The notes under the pieces were generated by a model. It made no database searches, was not told the origin of the DNA, and worked only from the letters and a program-made list of their open reading frames with translations. A stretch of DNA of 24,000 bases. Origin: Gallicola sp. Sow4_E12. Lineage in GTDB: Bacteria; Bacillota; Clostridia; Tissierellales; Peptoniphilaceae. The position numbers and the translations under genes were made by a program. The stretch covers positions 183,162-207,161 of the forward strand of contig NZ_JBQKLI010000001.1 in NCBI RefSeq assembly GCF_052116305.1, written 5' to 3'. Of the stretch, positions 17,161-24,000 are shown piece after piece (within the stretch, counting starts at the first letter, position 1; the number at the start of each line of letters is the position of its first letter).

Positions 17161-18183
17161 TTATAATAATATTTTCACGATGAAATTTTTAAACAACTCT
17201 TCGCTGTCTGCTCCAGTACTCTTTAGTTGAACTTCAATTTCATAAGCTGTGTGTAGTCCTCTCTGAAGGGCATCAACAGACCAGTTTTTAAGATATCCCT
17301 GGAGTTTTTTATATTCATATTCCGATATTCCAATACTCTTTTTCGCTTCCCCTAAAGGAATTCTATTGAGAGCTGCCCATTTTATATAAAGAAGATTCCG
17401 TAATTGCCGAATGATCATATAAAACACATGGAAAGGATCACTGTTTGATTTCATCAAACGAAAGTAGGTCTCTAAAACATTTTTTCTCTTTTTCTCACCA
17501 ATTGCATCTGTCAACCTAAAAATATTCGATTCAAAGGAACTAATCAGGACTTGATCGATATCCAAAAGTGTAAGTTCGCACTTATTTAAATTTTTTAATT
17601 TAATAATTTCATTTTCTACATCATAAAGAGTTACTTTCATTTCGCTTTCCAAGTACATAGTATTTTCGATAAAATATTTAAGTCCTTTTTGATCTATTTT
17701 TATACTGCTTTTATTAAAGCTTTTTTTTATAAAATTTTCTAATTCCCTCTGATTCAATTTAGAAACTTCAAAATGATCCATATACTTGATTGCATTTTTT
17801 AAAAATTTTCCTTTATAGGCTTTTCCAACTGATACTAAAACTAAAATTGTAAACTCAGGGAATGTTTTAAAATAATTCAATAATTGTTCAAGAAAATCAT
17901 TTATTTTTGAGACACTATTTCTATCCATAGGCAAATTTTCTACAACAACAATTCTTTTTTTATCCATAAAAGGAAGAGTTTCGCATATTTCATATAAATC
18001 ATTGAATAGAACCGCCTTGCCTTCTATTATATCGAGATTGAAATCTTCTAAGCTTTGATCAACATACTGCTTCTTAATCCGCTCCAGAAGATCTTCTTTT
18101 AGATAATTCTCTTCTCCGGATATCAATACTATCGGCTGCAGCTCCCTATTTTTAATCCGTTTTACTCCATCTATGTAGTTCAT
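17161..18183 (-). CDS. holA: DNA polymerase III delta subunit HolA
   Basis: 340 aa. N-terminal PIVLISGEENYLKED. Size and the conserved comEC-holA / rpsT neighbourhood fit. The sequence is divergent, so the call leans on synteny. Confidence 0.8.
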   Translation of the reverse strand: MNYIDGVKRIKNRELQPIVLISGEENYLKEDLLERIKKQYVDQSLEDFNLDIIEGKAVLFNDLYEICETLPFMDKKRIVVVENLPMDRNSVSKINDFLEQLLNYFKTFPEFTILVLVSVGKAYKGKFLKNAIKYMDHFEVSKLNQRELENFIKKSFNKSSIKIDQKGLKYFIENTMYLESEMKVTLYDVENEIIKLKNLNKCELTLLDIDQVLISSFESNIFRLTDAIGEKKRKNVLETYFRLMKSNSDPFHVFYMIIRQLRNLLYIKWAALNRIPLGEAKKSIGISEYEYKKLQGYLKNWSVDALQRGLHTAYEIEVQLKSTGADSEELFKNFIVKILL

Positions 18184-20461
18184 CCCTTGTCCTTTCGCTT
18201 ATAACTAATATATAAAAAACTATCGTCCATACTAGTATACTAAAAATTATATCTTTATCGACTTCTTTAGGCCAATAGGTATAGGCTTTTAAACCAAATC
18301 GATGAATAATGATCTCTATTTCACCCTGTTCATCTGTTCTTAGAAGAGGAATCCCCTTCTTATTGTACCGCTCTATTACTTCTTTATGGGGAAAACCGTA
18401 CATATTATTTCTTCCGACAGAGACTATTCCTAGTTTTGGATTAACCTTATCTAAGAACTTTTCTGTAGAAGAGGTTTTTGATCCATGATGAGGAACTTTC
18501 AGAATATCACTTTCAATATCTTTGTCTAAATACTTCTCTTCGGCCTCTTTTTCGATATCTCCTGCAAAAAGTATTGCAGAATTATGAGCTTTCATTTTAA
18601 ATACTAAAGAGTTGTTGTTCTCATCTTTTACATCTTTTGCAAAGTAATTGATTATTTGAAAACTGTTGAAATCAAGAATAGAATTTTCTAATTCTATATA
18701 AGGAACATTTAAATTATATTTTTCTTTTATTATTTCTTTCCCGTTTTTCCGACCTATGACAGCCTTTGGCTTGAATTCTCTCATTATCATCTCGATATTT
18801 CCTGCATGATCTTCATCAAAATGAGATAGTAATACATAATCAAGAGACCCTACCCCTTTTTTTAATAAAGTCGGTTTTAATATATATTCTCCTGTCGAAT
18901 CATTTTCCCAAAAACTCCCTCCAGTATCCACCAGCAGAGTATCTTCTCTGTTTTTTATTAAAATAGAATCTCCCTGCCCAATATCAATCATCGTAACTGT
19001 AACAGGTTTAAATAAATAATAAGAAAAGGCATCAAAAAAAAGGATAATAGATATAGCGATAAAGAGGATTCTTTTACATTGCAGCAATGCTCTTCTATGA
19101 TAAAAATACAAAAAGCACAGAAAATAGAAACAAAGTATGCCCATAAGTGAAAAAGAAGGTATTGTTATCGAAGATGCAAATAACGAAGCTCCCTCAATAG
19201 TCCAATCCAGTAAATTTAGACTCCACTTTGTAAAATAAAGCAAACCTGCTCCAACAAGGGGAATAAACCCAAAAAGTATATAAATCGCCGCAGATAATAT
19301 AGCTAGAACAAATACGGGAACTATGATGATATTTCCTAATAAAAAGCCTAATTGTATTTCGTTAAAATAGTAAAGCTGTACTGGAAGGAGAAAGATATAA
19401 ACAATTGCGCTAAATTTAATCAAGCTTACCAGGCCCTTCTCTTCCTGCAGTCTGAACCTGGGAATTACTGCTATTATTATATATGCAGCTAGATGAGAAA
19501 ATTGAAGACCTATATCGTAAATAGCAAATGGATTTCTTAACAGATTTATCAATAAGGAGAGAAATAATATATTCATACGATCCCATGGCAGATAATATCG
19601 GCTTGAAATAAGGATCGCTGTAATCATAAATACCGCTCTAAAGACAGAAGGAATCCATGACAATAAATATGCATAAAACCACAATCCAACTATAATAACA
19701 ATCATACTGGTATTTCTAGGAATGTTTGCCTTTATCAAAAGAAATTGAATAAAACTATAGAGAAGACTAATATGAAACCCGCTAATTGCCAATAAATGGG
19801 CTATACCCAATTCTCTTATTTGTTCTTTTTCCGTTTCTTCAATTCTATCTTCTCCTAAAAATACTGTCTTTAGAAAGTTCGAATGATCCTTTTCAAAGTT
19901 GTTATCCAACAATTGATTTGCACCATCCAAAATAGAATACTTAAACTTCAGAATAATATTATTAGTCTCTCCAATTTTTACAGTATTATAATGATCTGCA
20001 TCGAGAAGGGCATAAATCTTATTTGACTTCAGATAATTTTTATAATTAAAAAGACCAGGATTTGAGTTTTCCTCCGGTAAAGAAACTTTTCCCTTGATTT
20101 CTACGAGATCCCCAGGACGATAATCAGTATTTCCAAATATACGTATTTTTGTTTTGTATATATTTTCACTTTCATTCTTGGCGATATAGCTTTTGCCATA
20201 TTCTTCATCCGTAACGGATTCTATAATATAGTTACCAGAATTATCGGCGGCATTTATTTTACTGATTTTATTGTTTTGATAGTCTGTTAGCAGTATAGCT
20301 GATAAAAAAGCGAACAAAACCATCATCTGCCATCTTTTTTTGATAAACAAGAGCAGCAATAACCCTACGGCGTAGACCAAAAAGAAATTAATATTTAGTT
20401 TTTCAGTTAATACTATCCCTAAAGCAAAAAATATTGTAACAAATATAATCGGACGCTTCAT
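18152..20461 (-). CDS. comEC: DNA internalisation-related competence protein ComEC/Rec2
   Basis: 769 aa polytopic membrane protein. Central competence-domain region (GIAHLLAISGFHISLL). C-terminal metallo-beta-lactamase-like domain (MIDIGQGDSILI, LLSHFDEDHAGN, KVPHHGSKTS). Confidence 0.92.
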   Translation of the reverse strand: MKRPIIFVTIFFALGIVLTEKLNINFFLVYAVGLLLLLFIKKRWQMMVLFAFLSAILLTDYQNNKISKINAADNSGNYIIESVTDEEYGKSYIAKNESENIYKTKIRIFGNTDYRPGDLVEIKGKVSLPEENSNPGLFNYKNYLKSNKIYALLDADHYNTVKIGETNNIILKFKYSILDGANQLLDNNFEKDHSNFLKTVFLGEDRIEETEKEQIRELGIAHLLAISGFHISLLYSFIQFLLIKANIPRNTSMIVIIVGLWFYAYLLSWIPSVFRAVFMITAILISSRYYLPWDRMNILFLSLLINLLRNPFAIYDIGLQFSHLAAYIIIAVIPRFRLQEEKGLVSLIKFSAIVYIFLLPVQLYYFNEIQLGFLLGNIIIVPVFVLAILSAAIYILFGFIPLVGAGLLYFTKWSLNLLDWTIEGASLFASSITIPSFSLMGILCFYFLCFLYFYHRRALLQCKRILFIAISIILFFDAFSYYLFKPVTVTMIDIGQGDSILIKNREDTLLVDTGGSFWENDSTGEYILKPTLLKKGVGSLDYVLLSHFDEDHAGNIEMIMREFKPKAVIGRKNGKEIIKEKYNLNVPYIELENSILDFNSFQIINYFAKDVKDENNNSLVFKMKAHNSAILFAGDIEKEAEEKYLDKDIESDILKVPHHGSKTSSTEKFLDKVNPKLGIVSVGRNNMYGFPHKEVIERYNKKGIPLLRTDEQGEIEIIIHRFGLKAYTYWPKEVDKDIIFSILVWTIVFYILVISERTRDELHRWSKTD

Positions 20462-20524
20462 AGAAACCTCTTGTTTTTGTTTAATTTATATTAAAAATAT
20501 GATAATATTTATACGGTGATTATA

Positions 20525-21571
20525 ATGAAAAAAGTATATTTAGAATACCCTTATATTAATAGTTTAAATACAAAAGTAATTCATCAAAAAATTATTAACG
20601 GTGAATATCATTTTGAATTGGAGCAAACCATATTCTTCCCTGGAACTGAAAAAATCAAATCAGATGAGGGTTGGATTAACCAAAAAAAGATTATACGTAT
20701 TTATGAAGAAAACAACAAAGTCTACCATGTGCTAAAAGAAAATCTGTCTGGATCTGTGCAGCTCGATTTAGATTGGAATAAAAGACTGCAAAGGATGCAG
20801 GATCATAGCAGCTTTCTTATTTTAAAACATTATCTCAAAGAGATCTATAATCTAGAGGTAGAAGATTTTAAAATTAATAATCATTGCTCTCTGTCCGTTT
20901 CTAATAAAGAAGGATATAATCTCGATAATATGGCAAGTCGGTTAAATACTCTTATCAATAATTATATCCTATCTTCGCTGCCAATAAAATCATATTTTGA
21001 AGAGAGTACTCGTAAAGAAGAAGGCAAGACTTATCAGATTCGAAAACATTTTATAAAATTCGTAAATCTAAACAATTATCCTTGCCAAGATACTTTGATT
21101 CAAAACAGTTCCGAGATTAGAGGCTTTTATATCCATAATGCAGCTATTCATGAAGATAAAATTGTTTTTGAATATATTTGTGGGAATCAATTATTCGATC
21201 AGTGGGCTCGTATTGTGAATGAAGTTCGAAAAGATTCTAAATCAAATCCAAATCTAGTGAATAAATTTTTAAATGAGAACAGTAAATTAACAGAAGAAAA
21301 TACTCTTCTAAAATCTTGTCTAATCGACAGTATATTAAAGGATTCCGATTCCAATTGTACTGAAATCGATCTAAGTAATCTTCCTTTAATTCCAGAAGAT
21401 TTTATGCTTCACAAGCCAAAAAAGAATGTTTTTGCTTATTTAAAAGGAAAAGACCATATTTATTTTTATACAAATGATCCTTCACACATTACCCGCCAGT
21501 TTCCCAATAAAAAAATGATTATCCTTTCTAATGAATATGATAGTATTTACGGAATATTAAGAGACAAATAA
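20525..21571 (+). CDS. AlaX-like (alanyl/threonyl-tRNA synthetase editing-domain family) protein with degenerate metal-binding motifs
   Basis: Start placed at the ATG 20525 (GGTGA SD 5 nt upstream; the track ORF begins at GTG 20516). The N-terminal pattern YLEYPY...V....ELEQTIFFPG...DEGWI....YHV....G.V.LDLDWNKRLQRMQDHS..L resembles AlaX-L/AlaRS-editing proteins as I recall them. HxxxH and CxxxH are replaced by HSSFL and CQDTL. Confidence 0.6.
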   Translation: MKKVYLEYPYINSLNTKVIHQKIINGEYHFELEQTIFFPGTEKIKSDEGWINQKKIIRIYEENNKVYHVLKENLSGSVQLDLDWNKRLQRMQDHSSFLILKHYLKEIYNLEVEDFKINNHCSLSVSNKEGYNLDNMASRLNTLINNYILSSLPIKSYFEESTRKEEGKTYQIRKHFIKFVNLNNYPCQDTLIQNSSEIRGFYIHNAAIHEDKIVFEYICGNQLFDQWARIVNEVRKDSKSNPNLVNKFLNENSKLTEENTLLKSCLIDSILKDSDSNCTEIDLSNLPLIPEDFMLHKPKKNVFAYLKGKDHIYFYTNDPSHITRQFPNKKMIILSNEYDSIYGILRDK

Positions 21572-21591
21572 ATCAAGCAATCCTTGGAAAT

Positions 21592-21634
21592 AAAAAAGCA
21601 TTATCGACAAATTATATGTCGATAATGCTTTTTT
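21592..21634. terminator. Bidirectional rho-independent terminator between the AlaX-like gene and eno
   Basis: GCATTATCGAC (21598..21608), a 9-nt loop, GTCGATAATGC (21618..21628): a perfect 11-bp stem. Flanked by A6 (21592..21597) and T6 (21629..21634). Sits between convergent genes. Confidence 0.9.
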
Positions 21635-21648
21635 ATTGAATATCTCCC

Positions 21649-22947
<1,299 letters not shown>

Positions 22948-24000
22948 CTAATGTTTTATCAATGTACTGTTTTCCATCTCATCCGGTTTATCTATTTCTA
23001 AGACATCTAAAATTGTAGGTGAAATATCCGCTAAAATGCCTTCTTTTAATTCTATATCTTTATTTGGATAAGCAATAAAAGGTACCGGGTTTGTTGTATG
23101 GGCTGTAAAAGGTCCGCCTGTTTCTTCATCAATTTCATACTCGCTGTTTCCATGATCAGCTGTAACAAATAAACAATATCCATTTTCATCAACAGCCTTC
23201 ATGATCTTGCCTAAACATTGATCCACCGTTTCTACGGCTTTTATAGCTGCAGGGAGAACTCCTGTATGGCCTACCATATCTCCATTGGCAAAATTCAAAA
23301 TGATTACATCATACTCATTTTTATCGATTTTTTCAATGACTTTCTCTGTGACCTCTGGTGCACTCATCTCTGGTTGAAGATCATAGGTTGCAACTTTAGG
23401 AGAAGGAACTAGATAGCGGTCCTCATTCTCATTTGGCTCTTCTACGCCCCCATTGAAGAAAAAAGTAACATGGGCATATTTTTCTGTTTCTGCTATTCTC
23501 AATTGTTTTTTATGATTTTTAGCGAGAACTTCCCCTAATGTATTCTTGTAAGTTTCCGGAGGATAAGCAACGATTACATTTTGAATAGTTTTATCGTATT
23601 CTGTTAAACAGAGATAGGTAAAATCTGTTATTCTCTTTCGTCTTGTAAAACCATGAAACTCATCGTCAACAATAGCCCTAGTCATTTGACGGGCCCTATC
23701 TGGTCTGAAATTAAAGAAGATGATACTATCCCCATCATCGATTGTTGCAACAGGTTTATCCTTATCCGTCATCGTTATTGGAAGTATAAATTCATCGGTA
23801 ATCCCTTCATCATAGGATTTCTGCAATGAATCTATAATATTTGAAGAGGGAATTCCTTCACCAAGCAGCATATTATTATATGCTTTTTCTACACGATCCC
23901 ATCGTTTATCACGATCCATTGCATAGTATCTTCCTGAAACAGACGCCAGCTTTCCGACTCCAAGCTCATCCATCTTTCTCATTAATAATTTCAAATCTTC
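22948..24000 (-). CDS. gpmI: 2,3-bisphosphoglycerate-independent phosphoglycerate mutase, C-terminal ~350 aa (5' end outside the window)
   Basis: GVGKLASVSGRYYAMDRDKRWDRVEKAY, ETEKYAHVTFFFNGG, NFANGDMVGHTG, TADHGN motifs. The reading frame stays open to base 24000. The 'M' at 23994 in the track is an internal TTG (Leu). Full-length iPGM is about 510 aa. Confidence 0.95.
   Translation of the reverse strand, partial: EDLKLLMRKMDELGVGKLASVSGRYYAMDRDKRWDRVEKAYNNMLLGEGIPSSNIIDSLQKSYDEGITDEFILPITMTDKDKPVATIDDGDSIIFFNFRPDRARQMTRAIVDDEFHGFTRRKRITDFTYLCLTEYDKTIQNVIVAYPPETYKNTLGEVLAKNHKKQLRIAETEKYAHVTFFFNGGVEEPNENEDRYLVPSPKVATYDLQPEMSAPEVTEKVIEKIDKNEYDVIILNFANGDMVGHTGVLPAAIKAVETVDQCLGKIMKAVDENGYCLFVTADHGNSEYEIDEETGGPFTAHTTNPVPFIAYPNKDIELKEGILADISPTILDVLEIDKPDEMENSTLIKH

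Noticed and set aside
20516-20524. GTG start at 20516 for the AlaX-like gene
   Set aside because: GGTGA at 20515..20519 is better explained as the SD for the ATG at 20525. The family-typical N-terminus (M-K-K-x-Y-x-E-x-P-Y) begins at that ATG.
20462-20524. Plus-strand extended -10 (TG-a-TAATAT, 20500..20508) as promoter of the AlaX-like gene, and any comEC promoter in the same interval
   Set aside because: The interval is so AT-rich that many hexamers resemble -10 boxes, and no acceptable -35 lies at 16-18 nt for either strand. Left as a remark, not called as a feature.
23992-23994. Apparent start codon of a 348-aa gpmI ORF
   Set aside because: The codon is an internal TTG (Leu), and the frame continues open to the window edge. 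iPGM is about 510 aa, so the gene is truncated by the window and does not start here.

Overview
This window is a densely packed, almost entirely minus-strand block of core housekeeping genes from a low-GC Firmicute. The gene order closely follows the Bacillus subtilis lepA-hemN-hrcA-grpE-dnaK-dnaJ-prmA-yqeU-yqeV...rpsU...yqeZ-yqfA-yqfB and comEC-holA/rpsT neighbourhoods.

On the minus strand, from high to low coordinates:
- gpmI (partial), eno
- comEC, holA
- lepB, lepA, hemW
- hrcA, grpE, dnaK, dnaJ, prmA, rsmE, mtaB
- a HIT-family gene, rpsU (59 aa, missing from the ORF track)
- nfeD(short), floA and a yqfB-like gene
- rimP, nusA, ylxR, infB (partial)

Only rpsT and an AlaX-like gene lie on the plus strand. 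Intergenic space is minimal. I could read several sigma-A-type promoters, a textbook CIRCE operator and five clean intrinsic terminators directly from the sequence.

I see no rRNA or tRNA genes, CRISPR arrays, transposases, integrases, phage genes or defence-island-like content, and no gap large enough to hide a multi-gene system. My honest assessment is that this is an ordinary core region, not a novel system.

The items most worth a second look:
1. A near-consensus promoter that fires straight into a terminator-like hairpin in the rimP-nusA leader. It could be an attenuator or a short leader RNA.
2. An AlaX-like tRNA-editing-domain paralog with degenerate zinc-binding motifs.
3. The short-NfeD/FloA/YqfB-like membrane module, whose third gene is an uncharacterised TM plus Lys-rich repeat protein.

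The absence of gpr/spoIIP between rpsT and lepA suggests a non-sporulating lineage. This is inference only.
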